Part shown: piece after piece, positions 50,474 to 63,373 of the stretch
Layout: every line of letters starts with the position of its first letter
Position numbering within the stretch: the first letter of the stretch is position 1
Assembly (NCBI GenBank): GCA_002104905.1
Contig: MCFE01000372.1
Location: forward strand, 1 to 64,000
Length of the DNA stretch: 64,000 nucleotides
Direction: 5' to 3'
Origin: Basidiobolus meristosporus CBS 931.73
Lineage: Eukaryota > Fungi > Basidiobolomycota
Notes under the pieces: model-generated
What the model saw: the letters and a program-made list of their open reading frames with translations, nothing else
What the model was told of the DNA's origin: nothing
Databases searched by the model: none
Program-made: the position numbers and the translations under genes

Positions 50474-51245
50474 ATGTCACATCCAGCAACTCGAAAGCTG
50501 ATTCCAATACTTGAATCATTTCAAAAATCTCGGAAAACTTGGGATGAATTAAACTTAGAAGGTCTTTCAACTGCGAACCAGCTGGTCAATACTAAGCTTC
50601 AGGAAAGGTTAGCGCAATTTGGCTGGGTATAGCACAGTAATCACGCTACTTACTCTAAATTTAGATACGTGGATGACAATGACACCTGGTTACCACGCTT
50701 AGATTCGTTCCCGGAGGTTCGTTGCTCTTATGAAAGTAAAATGTCCAACTTGGTGGCCCAAATGTCTGAAAAGCTCAATATAACCCTTTCAAAATTGGTA
50801 AACATTGGCACAAATACAGCAACAAAAATCGGCATTAATCGACACCATATTTATACTCAGATAACTCAGCATAGACGTATGAAAGGGGCGCTATCCCAAT
50901 CCGAAAGTTTACTGAATGATACTTATAACTTCTATGGACCTAAAGAAGCCTACGATACTTTGGCTTTTAGAACGTATACATTAGATGCCATAGGTATTAC
51001 ATATCTGTCCATTTCTCCGAGGCTCTCATAAACTAACTCAATCCATAGTTTCTTTAGTACGTAAAGCGGTTCTGCAGTATACTAAGGAAATCACGCAAAA
51101 GATCATGATTGTGTCTACTCTTGCCACCACCGATGACCGAGAGCTAGCTATGTCTTATTTATCAACCTGGCTTAATGAACCTCATCTCAAATCCGGGTTC
51201 CTGCAAGATATGGACGAGATTCTAGAGATTGAGACAGGATTGTGA
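50474..51245 (+). CDS. CINP: CINP (CDK2-interacting protein) homologue; exons 50474-50607, 50665-50797, 50861-50993, 51049-51245
   Basis: The spliced protein has KTWDELNLEGLSTANQLVN and LATTDDRELAMSYLSTWLNEPHL...ILEIETG, matching from memory human CINP KWETLNDAGFTTANNIAN and LAHTGDPDLTLSYLSMWLHQPYV...MLLETG. It is not in the ORF track because it is split by three introns. Confidence 0.75.
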
Positions 51246-51787
51246 AGGTATAACCATGATTCGAGGTTTTATTACATAGAATTATACACAGAAGGTTCGG
51301 CGACTGCTTCATGCAATTCTTGCAATGTATATTAGATGTTCAGCTATGCTATTTTTAATGATTATCGCATTCGTGAGCTAGAAAAGTCACAGCCGTACTA
51401 CCGGCAAATAAAATAGCAGATCATTGCTGTTGTCGCCTTTCGTTGTATTTTGTTGACTTGACGTTAAGATATCAAGCTGTATACCACATGATTGTTGCTA
51501 TTTTTGTTTTTTACATTGTATGCGTTCCGTGACTGCCAACTAGGCTTATACATTATCTCGGCTCTGGCAAGAGTATTGTTCGTATAGTCCACTTGGCTGC
51601 TCACAGGGAAATACTGGAGAGCATGTTTTATAATATATTGTATAATAAATTGATTCCAGTCTTATTACTAATCGGTTTCTTTTTTTTTGTGACCGTCGAA
51701 CTGATAAAACTCCATTGGCTGAATGATGAAATCGTGCAATGAAATTCGGTGTATTGTTAGTTACCGAGTGTTAACAGTATTTACCCT

Positions 51788-54700
51788 ATGAGTTCTGACG
51801 ACAGCAATATCCAAGATAAAGGAAAGCTTTGGTCAGAAGCTGAGGAGAATCTAGCTTCTTTAATACAGGATGCATATGACCTGCTACAGAGATCGCAACC
51901 AGGTATAAAAACTTCTTTATGTCAATCCTAATAATAAAACGATTCTCTTGACATTTTACGAATTTTGGGGTACTTATACACTTCCTATTTGCTCAGAAAA
52001 AAGTCAACCACCTGCTGATCTTGCTCCTGACCAAGAGTCGAGTACTGAAAAACTTGATGTTGAAATCAACACCAACAACCTTGAGGAAATAGCACCAATC
52101 GCAGCAGACGCAGTTGAAGCAAAGAGCAATATAGAGATAGAGACTACTTTAGATAGTTTAAAAATAGAAGAACAACCTCAAGTTTATGATTTGAGCACTT
52201 TTGAGGGAAAGAGTTCATTCACGAAGGCCTGTCTTGAATTGTTGGTAAAGATTCAAAACGCCATTTCAGAATTCATCTTGAAGAAAGGTTTGGAGTTCTT
52301 ATGGTATCGTTTGGATGTATCACAACCCTAATTCAGCATGAATCTGTAGAAGACACAGCATCTTCTGAGGAGCCACCTGACGTTCTAGGTATTAGAGATC
52401 TCAAAGTTGTACACACTCTGCTTGAGGTTACCATTATATGGGGCATATATCCTTGTTTACAGGATGGTGTCGGAGTGTCTTTGTCCAAGCGCGTTCGCTC
52501 CGGATTTGTGCAATCAGGTGACTACGATATGTGATATTTTTGCACATATTCTGAACTAAACCATTCGAAGAGTTTTTTGAGAGAGAAGGACTATCCGGGT
52601 TCCAACTCAAAGAAAAAAACGCAAGGCTGTTAGAAATAATACGGACCCTCTGTAATCTATCTAAAAGCTCGGGCATGTTACATTACACTACAGTTTCTTC
52701 CATTATCATGAATCGACACTTGACCGACATGTATGCTGGATTGTTACAGTTAGCATATGGACCATTGACTCAAAAGAATGTGTCTCAGAGTGCGGACGCC
52801 ACAGTAAGCATGGACCCGCAAACTCGTGCTAATAGTGGAACTGCCTTGCAAAGACCTGTAGATCTGTTAAATATGCTCAACTCCAATCCCGCGAAGAAAC
52901 CGGATACACATATTCTCTCACAAGCTGAACGAGAAGAGTGTGTCAATCAATTTGATGACTTGTTTCAACGGTAGATGTTCTTCAAACATTTTTCCGGTAC
53001 AGATGACTGAAGGTTCAATCGAATTTTAGAGCCGACGCATTCAAGAGTCTTGAATCCTTAACATTACTCTTGGGTTCACCTCTTTACCCGTCACCACGTT
53101 GGCTATCCAATGTCTGTGGGCGGTATCTAACCCAAATTCTGCTCAAACCGGATGGGGTTAAGGTAGTCATGAGTTTTATGCTTGACGAAGTGGAGGAAGG
53201 TAAATATCTATAATTTCTTGAATACCAACGGAGTACATGATATTTACACCCTGAAAGTGTCTCTTCCTCAGCTAGAGAGAGTTGCAAAACTTATTCTTTC
53301 GGTGCCCCATCAAATCTCATCACTTCAGGTAACCATTATTCATTCCCAAGGAATCGCGTGATCTTTATTTAAATCCATGCCTGCAATCGCTAGGAGTACT
53401 ATAAGATCATAATCCCACAGTTGCTGTCTTTGATTCAATACAAATTTGCTGATGTGCATTCGAAAGCACCAGAATCCAAGGAGAGAAATGTTAATGAATC
53501 GAGCAATATTAGCCGTGCGGCTTCATTCACTCTTTCGCAAATGATACGGAAGCAACCCAAGCTAGTTTACCGCCTCTTTGTCGGCGATTTGATGAAGCCA
53601 ATTACCAATTGGTGGTCTAGCCAAACAGAAATAATGAGCGAAGCTGAAAAGAGCTTGGACAAGTTATTCGAAAATGACGAAGATGTAGTTTTATCTAGTG
53701 AAGATATCATTGAGCTCACAATTGCAACTGTTCATCGATTACTGGTTGGCAACGAACCGTCACCCATTCTCTTCCACTGTATTTTGTCAGATGCTATCAC
53801 TCCGCTCTATTATCTCTACGAGTTTGCCCACACCAACAAGTCAACCATGAAAGACCAGATTCTCGAAATATTACAAGCATATTTTCGCATTATGGAGACC
53901 GATAAAGGGCTAGAAAAGCTAAAAAGTATTGTTTATCGAACAAGACTTGGGCTGAAAGTGATGACGGTGCACAAAGGATATACCTACTTCACATCGGGGC
54001 CTTCTAATGGAATCGTTCTCGCAAGAACGAAGTATGTCCAATCACATTCATATGCGGAATTACTTACTAATGGCCGTTCATTAACAGCAAACCCAAAGAA
54101 ATGGACCTGAACACCGAGCTCTTTGTTGAGTTTCTTAATTCTATGAACAACACAGAGCTCAACGGAGACTTCTTCATTTGGGCATTGACTCAGTATTCCT
54201 CTGCTCATACTAACCCAAGTATGTCTAATCCTCGACAGTAAGTATTCTACAATTCCTGACTTGGGCGCTGCAAACTAGGTTTATCAAAATTTTGCTAGGA
54301 CGTTGGTGATTCTACACTTAATCTTGATTATGACTGAATCCTTGGGCCATACAATTCTTAAAAAGAGTACCCAGATTATAGCATTTGCTAACAGCGTGTT
54401 GGAAAAGGAAGACGAACCGGAGATCAAGAATATGCAGCAGAACTCTAAACTTGAATTTTTGTCCAACATTGCTGAAGAACCGGAGGAAAACGAGCAAGAC
54501 CAGAGCGAGATAGAGTATCTCGCATTGAGCTTGCTGGGCTCTGTCTTAACAGGTATTGCATTATGCACCGTTCATGTACTTCACAAGAAATATTAATGAG
54601 CATCCCATTGTTAAGACGACAAAGAATTGTCGACGCAAGACCTATTATTGCTGGATCACACGCAGTCTCTCCTGGCAAGATTTTCGAATCACGCAAACTC

Positions 54701-55736
54701 TGAAATTCGAAATATAGCCAACAATTTGAAGCTAGTCATCGCCACTCGTGTTGCATTTAACCTGAACCAACAGACCACCGGTGAAGATAAACTGGCAGCC
54801 TCCAGAAAGCGGTACCAGCAAGCAATGGAGGCACTCCAAGACCAAATATTGCCAGTGAAGGCCTATGGGATCGGTATCTTGAAAGACATGGTTTTAAAGA
54901 AAGATCCCCTGATTGTCGGCCCGGAGCTAGATAGAGTGCTTGACATATTTGTCTCCATGGTCCAAAATGAAGATAGGTTAGTTGTTGGATTCTACCCAGA
55001 ATGGTGCTACATAGCCGTAACTGTTTTATGCCTGCTAGTTTCATCTATCTAAACGCCATCAAGGGCTTATCAGCTATGACAGATATACATGGTAAAAAGA
55101 TCTTGACAAAACTACTTGATATCTACGAAGATAAAGTGAACCAACCGATGGACAACCGCCTACGTGTGGGCGAGGCACTTCTGCAAACAGTTGAAAGGGC
55201 CGGAGAAGTGCTGGGAAAGTTTGGTAGGGTGTTTACTATAGGCTACGAGGCATATGAATCGTTACTAACACTGTACAGCCGATATCCTTTTGACATCCTT
55301 GCTTCGAGTTCTGCGCTCACGCGAATCGCCGCACTTGCAAAACTCTGCATTAGCCATCATTGGGGTGATGTGCGAAACATGCCCATACGCCCTTTTACCA
55401 TGGTTCCGGGAGATCATTGAGTGGATGGTGACCCTTCTCAAGCTCGAAAAAAGTGTCGAAGTACGGCGAGGTAGGCATGTGCAAAATGCGAACTTCAGAC
55501 ACCACATCACTCACGAAATTAAAACCTTTATAGCGGCAGTGGTTTTGTTTGCGTCATTGTTCCGAGGGATGGGTGTCAATGCCATATACGACATTCCCAG
55601 TGATTTGCTTAAAGATATACTCCACACGTTGAGATTCGTGGAAGCCACCGAGCAAGATGAATTGACAAAATACCACGCCAGGATCGGGCTCAGCGATTTA
55701 GATGCTATCATGAAGAATGAGATCTTCCGTTCATAA
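51788..55736 (+). CDS. RTP1: RTP1/TANGO6-family HEAT-repeat protein (RNA polymerase II assembly/import factor); multi-exon
   Basis: C-terminal motifs ALQDQILPVKAYGIGILKDMV, ED-SFIYLNAIKGLSAM and RLRVGEALLQTVERAGE; N-terminal DLKVVHTLLEVTIIWGIYP. The start at 51788 is inferred. Confidence 0.85.
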
Positions 55737-56189
55737 ACTCGAATGGCCCCCGCCAAGGACCGACTATCTTGGATATGGTTTGCGCTTTTTTGTCGACTTA
55801 GTTTAGGCCACCATCTAGGCAAAACCAAATAAATGGAATAAATATTCTGGCCACGTAAGAGTTAAACTGAAAACGGCTTCGGATGTACATGTTATTTATT
55901 TACTAAGGAACGCAGAAGTGAGCCTCATTCATCTCATCTAATTGAGGGTGACCAATAAACTCTTCCAGACGAAGAGAATATTTACATAGCTAAGTGGGAG
56001 AATTGACATTTTTTGATGTTTGTGTGGTCACTGACCACGGAAGTAAACAGGGAAGCATAGTTGAATATTAGATTTGGCAAGTAGAGAAGCCATAGCTCAT
56101 GATGGGCTATCAAAGTCGAAATTACAGAAACCCGCGACCAGGCTGGTGGAATAATAGACGCATGCATGGGTCGCATGCGACCGTGATCT

Positions 56190-56489
56190 TCATGTGGATG
56201 GATCCTCGACCATAGCGAGGTAGGTGTTGTAGTCATTAATGTAGGTATGGTCGTAATCTTCATCATCCTCGGCGTCCATCAATTGATTAGTATACAAAGC
56301 ATCGTCCTCGGCAAGTTGGAGAGCCGTAAGTGCATCAATCTCCTCGATTGACATAGGGATGACCCTATACGTTGGTTCATCCTGGACGGACAGAGAGTTA
56401 GAGCCTTGATGGGGCGAGGCACGTCCAACAGGTAGTCCGCAAGAAAATGACGAAACGGTTAAAATAGTAAACAGGATATACTTCAGCAT
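56190..56489 (-). CDS. Small secreted acidic protein (99 aa)
   Basis: Signal peptide MLKYILFTILTVSSFSCG followed by an Asp/Glu/Tyr-rich region (AEDDEDYDHTYINDY). Confidence 0.55.
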   Translation of the reverse strand: MLKYILFTILTVSSFSCGLPVGRASPHQGSNSLSVQDEPTYRVIPMSIEEIDALTALQLAEDDALYTNQLMDAEDDEDYDHTYINDYNTYLAMVEDPST

Positions 56490-57668
56490 ATTAGACGTGG
56501 TGTGGAAACAAATAGAAGAGGAATAGCCAGCTGCCTGGGTTTTCGGTCGAAGTGGGACGTTTATATACTCGAGGCAACATAGCCGTTACGAGAATATAGT
56601 CCGGAAATCGAAAACTTCTGTGAGACACCGGTGACACCCAATATTAACGAGTCCTAGGTGGGTGCGGACACAAATATTCTCTCATTAAAGTGGACTATCA
56701 CCAAGTAGAAAGCATAACTCAGTTAGGCAATGCAGTTGCTTCAAGAAGTTCCACATCAATATTATGCTCGGAGTAATCTTCAGTAGCAATCTCATGTACA
56801 GCTTATTTTGATCCAGCATAGACTTTCATTCGTTTAAGCTTGCCTAACAGATCACAGATTGGGTAACGTAATTATTTGGAGACCGGCTTGTGTACCAATT
56901 AATACCAATGGTGCGACTAAAGATATCTTGATGATTTTCCAGCTGAAGTGCGGATGACCCAATGCCACTGTAAACAATGAGACTTCGCGAGTATCATCCA
57001 TCTTCACGAATCGAATCCAGCCCAAATGACCGTTACTCGATGTTGTAGCGAACATTCGCAGACACCAATTTCCGTTGTCCAATCGTCGCTGTCGGGCTAC
57101 GCCATCGCGACGGGTCCCCCAACTCTCACAACAAGCAGCCGGACAGTGGATGCTTTGACTTTATTCGAAGGACATGCCGATTTTGGAGCGTGAGGAGCTT
57201 GTGTTGTTGGGTGGACGAAACGAATGCCCCTCGGGACCCTCAGTTGGATCACATGGTTGTTACATTGGTTATCAGTCAACCTTGCGAGGAAAAAGAGTGA
57301 CCATCGATAAATTACACCATTCCTTCTTTGAAACAAGCTTGAATGGATTTCTATACATGAAGAAGATAGCTAGACGTGGACGATTGTGTAACATCTGGAG
57401 TTTGACAGGGTTTCAATATAACATCGATATATATAGTAAGCGCCCAACCTAATCCCTCAACCGCTATAGGATACTTCTCGCTAATTCCAAGCGAAATCGA
57501 CGGTCCAATTAATGTCGGGGCCGTTCGTTACTGGACATTCAATTGCTCGGTTGGTGGACCATTGGGCCCTCTGGATTTTTTCCATTCAGCTTTCCGAGGG
57601 CGAAAATCTTCTGGATTCATGTATATATCCCTAGAAATGGGTGCTTCCTGTCTTTCAGGAGTTGCAAA

Positions 57669-58529
57669 ATGCGCGGCTGTGTTGGTCATTCCAAGTACCA
57701 ATGCCTGTTGGGGTTAACCGGACTCTTGTTGATCTTACTTGCCATACTTCGTGTCTCGCGCAGAGCCACCCCAGTCATGTACGAATACCATCATAATACC
57801 ACTGGTAGGCTAATTTTTATTGGTGACGTTCATGGGCATTTGCGCTCTTTCAACAAGCTGCTCGAGAAGCTGAGCCTGGTGCCGGAGGATCGAGTGGTTC
57901 TGCTAGGCGACATGGTGTCGAAAGGCCCCAACTCCATAGGGTTACTTGCTCGCGCAAAAGAAATCAATGCGCTCTGCGTGCGTGGGAACCACGACGACCT
58001 GGTAGTAAGTTGGAGGGACTTCTTCAAGTGGAATCGTAATAGCTGGGTTATTGGGGAAGAGCATCAGAACATCGCTAGGTATCTTTATTCGCCAACTCCA
58101 CATGGCAGGCCAGGCTATTTACTACCAATGTTCTTTTCTAGTGCCCTGCCACAGGAGCTGTACGGATATTTAGCTAGCTGTCCATTGATCCTCCACATCC
58201 CTGCATATTCCATGTATGCCGTTCATGCGGGCCTGGACCCATATACGCCTGTCCACCTACAGAACCCATTTTACGTGATGAACATCAGGCGCATTCTGCC
58301 AAATTCCCGGCCGTCCAAGGGTAAGGACGAGGGGATCCCCTGGGCTACAGTTTGGAACAGAATGCAATCGAAATTGAGGAATCCAAAAACCGTGATATAC
58401 GGCCATGAGTCCTCCCGCGGCTTGGTGACCTTGCCCTATGCAATTGGTCTGGATACTGGTTGCGGGCGGGGCGAGAGGTTAAGTGCCATGATCTATCCCC
58501 AGCGAAGGCTCATCAGTGTTAAATGCTGA
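57669..58529 (+). CDS. Membrane-anchored calcineurin-like metallophosphoesterase (Ppn2/ApaH-like)
   Basis: N-terminal TM LLGLTGLLLILLAIL; motifs GDVHG, GDMVSKGP, RGNHD, VHAG, YGHE and LDTGC. Confidence 0.9.
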   Translation: MRGCVGHSKYQCLLGLTGLLLILLAILRVSRRATPVMYEYHHNTTGRLIFIGDVHGHLRSFNKLLEKLSLVPEDRVVLLGDMVSKGPNSIGLLARAKEINALCVRGNHDDLVVSWRDFFKWNRNSWVIGEEHQNIARYLYSPTPHGRPGYLLPMFFSSALPQELYGYLASCPLILHIPAYSMYAVHAGLDPYTPVHLQNPFYVMNIRRILPNSRPSKGKDEGIPWATVWNRMQSKLRNPKTVIYGHESSRGLVTLPYAIGLDTGCGRGERLSAMIYPQRRLISVKC

Positions 58530-58953
58530 GCTTATCAGCAATAAACGCAGATGCCGAATCGGCAGACCGCGTACCAACCTTACGTCCATCCTCGACTAGT
58601 GCATGGCGAATATGACACAAACACCTCGCGGTGTAACCAAGCATGTTTAGGTGGTTTTCAAAGTATTCATTAAATCAATACGAACCATCTTATAGTATAA
58701 AGTGGACATCTAAATACACCCGCTAGAACTCAAGGCGGTACCACAGCCGGTGTAACATGCATGTATGCCATGGAACCATAACTAATTGGATTTAAGACTT
58801 CAACCTCAAAACTACAAACATCCCAGTACTTCTATATTACAGTGAGTACAGTGCAACCAGCCACCCCACACAAGGCCGAGATGAGATCCGTCATGCATGG
58901 CAAAATTCCCCATTTTCAACGATATGAATGCGATGATTGCTGAATGCGTACCC

Positions 58954-59937
58954 TCAGGTCGCAATTGATAGCAGTTCTGACAGCTCGAGCAACTTCCGCT
59001 CCAGCTGCAGGACCGGTATTTTCGGGCGGTGGCAGTATCTCCAGCGTTGGATTCTGGATGTGGTGATGCTAGGGGAATGGGCGACTCGGTTGAGTTGCTG
59101 GTGGACAGATGGCTTTGTGTGGACCAGCGCGATTTTCCCCTCGTCATCCTTGGGTAAGATGTCGATCACCGACCCGGTGACCCGCCTGACCTTGTTTCGC
59201 CAAACGCGGAACACTATGTGGCGCCATTCCCTCGAGAGGCTGCTGACCTTCTCAAGCTCTCTGGTATTTAGAAATTCGAATATGGTTTCCATGATCTCGG
59301 CGGGAAAGGCAGGGTTTGGGATGGAGGAGAGAGAGGACTGGGGCAGCGCGTGGTCATCAGAGCGGCTGAGGTCCATTTGCTCGATGCGTGTCTCCGAGTC
59401 GATGATGGCCTTCAAGGATTTCACCTCAATCTCCAACCGGGTGGCGGCCAGGAAGGAGATCAACGAGTGGTATCCATAATAGCCAGGGGAAAGGCCGATC
59501 TTGATTGGGCTGAGTTGTAATGTTTTGGGCTGTATGTGGAAGATTGCGGGATAGATATAGGTGTTGGATGTGGTCAGACCCAAGCTACGCGCTAAGGCCA
59601 TTTCCTCGTCCGCCAAAAACTCTACTCTCCCTTCATTCGTATCATTGCGGAGAGTGTAATACGACCTGGCCTCCAAGACATCATTTAAATTGCCGGGAAG
59701 TAGTATGAGAAACAGTGTATCCCATCTTAGCAATATTCTGTTTAGCTTCACAAGACGCTATCAGACCAAGGTTTCCTAAGATTTGCTATCAAACTGCCTT
59801 ACCTCCAGGTCTTCCTGTGAGATGGTCAAGGTGGTTCCGGTAAACGGATCTGTAAAGGTTTCATTGGAGTCCTCATTTTCCAGTCCGATAAACTTTAGAA
59901 TCCTAAGGAGCTGGGGGCCGATAGGGCAGCGTAAAGA
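58954..59937 (-). CDS. F-box-containing protein, possibly pseudogenised; 5' end unresolved
   Basis: FPAEIMETIFEFLNTRELEKVSSLSREWRHIV is an F-box motif. An upstream exon 59937-59803 joins through a 45-nt GT-AG intron; no clean start was found. Confidence 0.6.
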
Positions 59938-61439
59938 CTAGGGAAACGTGCACGGTTCTTGTTTAGTGAGCTGTTGCAATTGAGGCACTCAGTCTGGTAA
60001 TACGTACACTGACGGTAATCAGAATGACGTGAACAAATTGCGTCAGACGTTCCAGGTCTAATACTTTCCCCTCAGCCGTCACTAGTTTCTTTGGGAGCAT
60101 CTTATTCTGAGTCTCTGCTAATTGAAGCATGTTCCAGACTAAAAGCTACTACGAGATAGACCGACAAAGTCCACGATATAGAATGGAAATTCTGGTTGGA
60201 CTAGGAGTGAGGTCGAAGCCTTGGAGAAAGACTGTTGTCTAATAATTTCTAAAGGGTATAGGGGGAAGAGGCGGGATATTCTCTGGGCTCTATGGAATGG
60301 CGTTAAAAGGGTCAAGTAGGAGGTTCTATTTTTAAGTACCGATTAAGCCATTGGATCATGCTCCATTTATGTGACTATTGTTTGGCTCAACACTTACAGG
60401 GAATATTTAAGTTAGAAATAGCCCGCTGGGCAAGGGTGTTTGGTCGGCTGCAGGTCGAATGCAATGCTAGGAGTGACTTTTTCAGCGGGAACCGCCGGGG
60501 AAAATCGTGCGTGTAGACAGGTGGACCTGACACAAGATGTGGCAATCCGCCCGAGGTTGGTGCGCTATAGCCATTCTGATCGTGTCGCCTTGATACAAGA
60601 AGCTAGGCACCATCAGGCTATCGCACCAAGAATCTTCTCCTGAGCCAGTGATTGATTGATCATGTACACAAGGATATCAGGTCGACATTGGCTTGTATTG
60701 TTTGCACCTGTAGGTTTCGGAAAAATGCCAATTAATGATATAAATAGTAGTCGTATCATTCCCACAGAAACTCATGTAAATACATGGAGTTTACTCATGC
60801 ATGGACGGCAAATAATGGATATTGTTGTTTTTGCAGCTGTCCAATCCAGCTGACCCAGCCGATTCAGGCCCTTAGCTGGCATGTCTTCCCTTCATCATGT
60901 CCCTGATGCGGAATGTTGGTGCCTATTTTAAGCTGTATACAGTTATACATCTTCCAGCCCCATACCCACTCACCGGCCTCGTTAATCCATGCCTCAACTG
61001 ACCCGTTCCGTGCAGCACACTGATGAGCAGCTGCATTCAAGGGAAATTGGATTATATATTCGATTGCGATATTGTTGGTCCTCGATGCATCGCTTCTCAA
61101 TGAAGCCCTATTCGCAGCACAGGACATGGTCACCGGCCATTACTGTATTCCATTTGGCCACAGTAATGCCAATACAATAGCGCCGATCAGATCTATGGCA
61201 ATTTAGGATTAATCCCCGTGCAAAGTGGATTTTGGGATCTTGACCCCTTCATTCTCGTTTCGCCAGCCACACGAACATACATGGCTTCTACGACGTCTCA
61301 ATGAGCCATTGTTCCGCAGTCCCTGGGTAGCAGTTGCTGAGGATCGTCTTAAGGCTTGGAATGCATCAGATATGTGCTGCCGCTTGTGTGTCCCGTGATA
61401 TCTATCACTTCCCAAGCCTACCAGTAATGGGAATGGTAG

Positions 61440-62993
61440 CTTTGCAACACATCAAGATCGGGGTCTAACCAGCAATAGCATCAGAATGTTTCACCACTAT
61501 ATGCCTGATTGGCTTAGTACCTTCAAGGGGACTTTGGAAAATTGGCTTCTGTGGTCCGTTATAAGACACAAATGAAAAAGGGACTTGTCAGATAAAAACA
61601 CAAGAAAGTTCTAGATAAGCAATGGAGGATGGTACATAGATAGGTGGTGCATTTGCCACGCTCAGTGTTTCACATACTCAGCTTTGTTACAATAGTGGTG
61701 ATCCAGGTACTGGACCATCTTTTATCATCTCACAATGCTGCATATACTGGAGTAATCCAATTGCTAAATTATGAAATGTTGGCTTAAAATATTCCCATCA
61801 AATTGACACTTCACCCCTAGTATAAGCTCTTTCTTCTTCACCAAGTTCTCTGTCTATATTTCAGTATAAGTCTAGTACTCAAAATATAGTTGCTTACTAA
61901 GTCTAAACTTCATGCCAAATCTTGGGACTTCTTTAAGCATGTGTTTTATGTCTGTTTTCTCCAGACTTTGCCAAGGTACAAGCTCTACCTCTATGAAAAT
62001 AATTGTGATGATCCCATCAAAAGGCTGCCACAAGATTTAAATCCCATGACTGAGAGGTATTAACACTGTTAGAACACTGTGAAAAATCATTAGAAAAAAA
62101 TTGCACCGCAGATCTCCCAGAAACTTGGTCAAAAACTTTCATCATAACAATCCCTGGGTTACTTTTGATTGGCTCTCTACAATTTCTCTCACTTTCTGAT
62201 CCCAGACACTCAATTGTCTCCTACTTTGTGAACACTGATTGGCTATTGTCTCTTTTTCACACTGCTTATTTTATGATACAACCAGTGCACTTACTTTTCA
62301 TGCATACAAATTGGTTTATTTCTGTTGAATCTCCAGTTATAGCTCAATTGTAGATTCTAATGACCTATACAAGTCCCTACAACCAACACTAACATTACAC
62401 CCAACCTCACACTCAGCAAGTAACTCCATTAAAATCCACCATTCAATAAGTATCTCTGCTGCAACACCCTTGTTCCATGATTTTGGCAGGAACCCTACAG
62501 CTTTAGGCCATTGTTTTTTCACTGGGTCCCATACCTCTTAGCCTTCAGCTAGCACTGCAAGGTCTAGCTCCTCACTGCCTAGTTGTTGCAATAAGTCCTT
62601 GTAATATTCAAGGGCAGTATCATATGCACTACTCTTCAAGAAGTGCTGGAACCTCTTGCTGTGCCTGTTATTGTCTCAAGATTCCACTGTAGGTATTGTG
62701 AGAGTCCTCTGATCACTTGACATTGTTGCATTGCTGGTCAGTGGGAACTCCGTTCTGTTTACATGGGATAATGTAGAGCTGTAGTAGACAAAGTGTCTCT
62801 CTCTGCAAACTCATCTACTGTATCGGAGTATAGCTCAGCCAGCTGGGATTCCAACTCTTGTAAAAACAACTATTGTCTTATAGGTAATTCTTCTTGGCTA
62901 GTATAGGCTTCAAGCTGCTCTAAGTCAATGGTGTCAATTGGCAGGAACTGCAGCTTTTTCTCCTGCTCTTCTGTCTCTGGCTTGGGATAGTTT
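61440..62993 (-). pseudogene. Decayed ORF in the CpG-depleted island, abutting the Copia LTR
   Basis: Glu/Gln/Lys-rich reading (PKPETEEQEKKLQFLPIDTIDLEQLEAY; ALEYYKDLLQQLGSEELDL; WDQKVREIVESQ) with scattered stops and at least one frameshift. No family recognised. Confidence 0.3.
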
Positions 62994-63339
62994 TGTTGTA
63001 AAAATTTGTATTTCCACCTAAATATTCCTCTTACTTAGTCACTTAGATCATTACCTTCATATCCTGGAGAATACTAACCAAATTCCTTGTTGGGATTTAC
63101 TTAGAATATTTTCACCAAAATACCAGGTACCCAGAACATCAAAATTCTCAAAGTTGTCCAAGCAGCCCCAAACTTTGCACACATGTTCTTGGGACCTTTC
63201 TTAACCTATTCTACATGTTTGTAATGCCAAGACCAGGTGAAAGTATAAATACTACTTTTACATTCAATAAATCATTAGGTGAAAACCACATAATCTACTT
63301 GTCCTCCTAATCACTTCCAGTATTTCCAAGTCTCTTACA
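62994..63339 (+). mobile_element. Candidate 5' LTR of a Ty1/Copia element
   Basis: Starts TGTTG and ends TTACA; contains TATAAATA (63244) and AATAAA (63266); followed by ATAGAATATGTGCCTCAAG, a possible decayed primer-binding site. Its left edge coincides with the edge of the dispersed copy at 1764-1929. Confidence 0.6.
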
Positions 63340-63373
63340 ATAGAATATGTGCCTCAAGCTGTCACTCTCTGCA

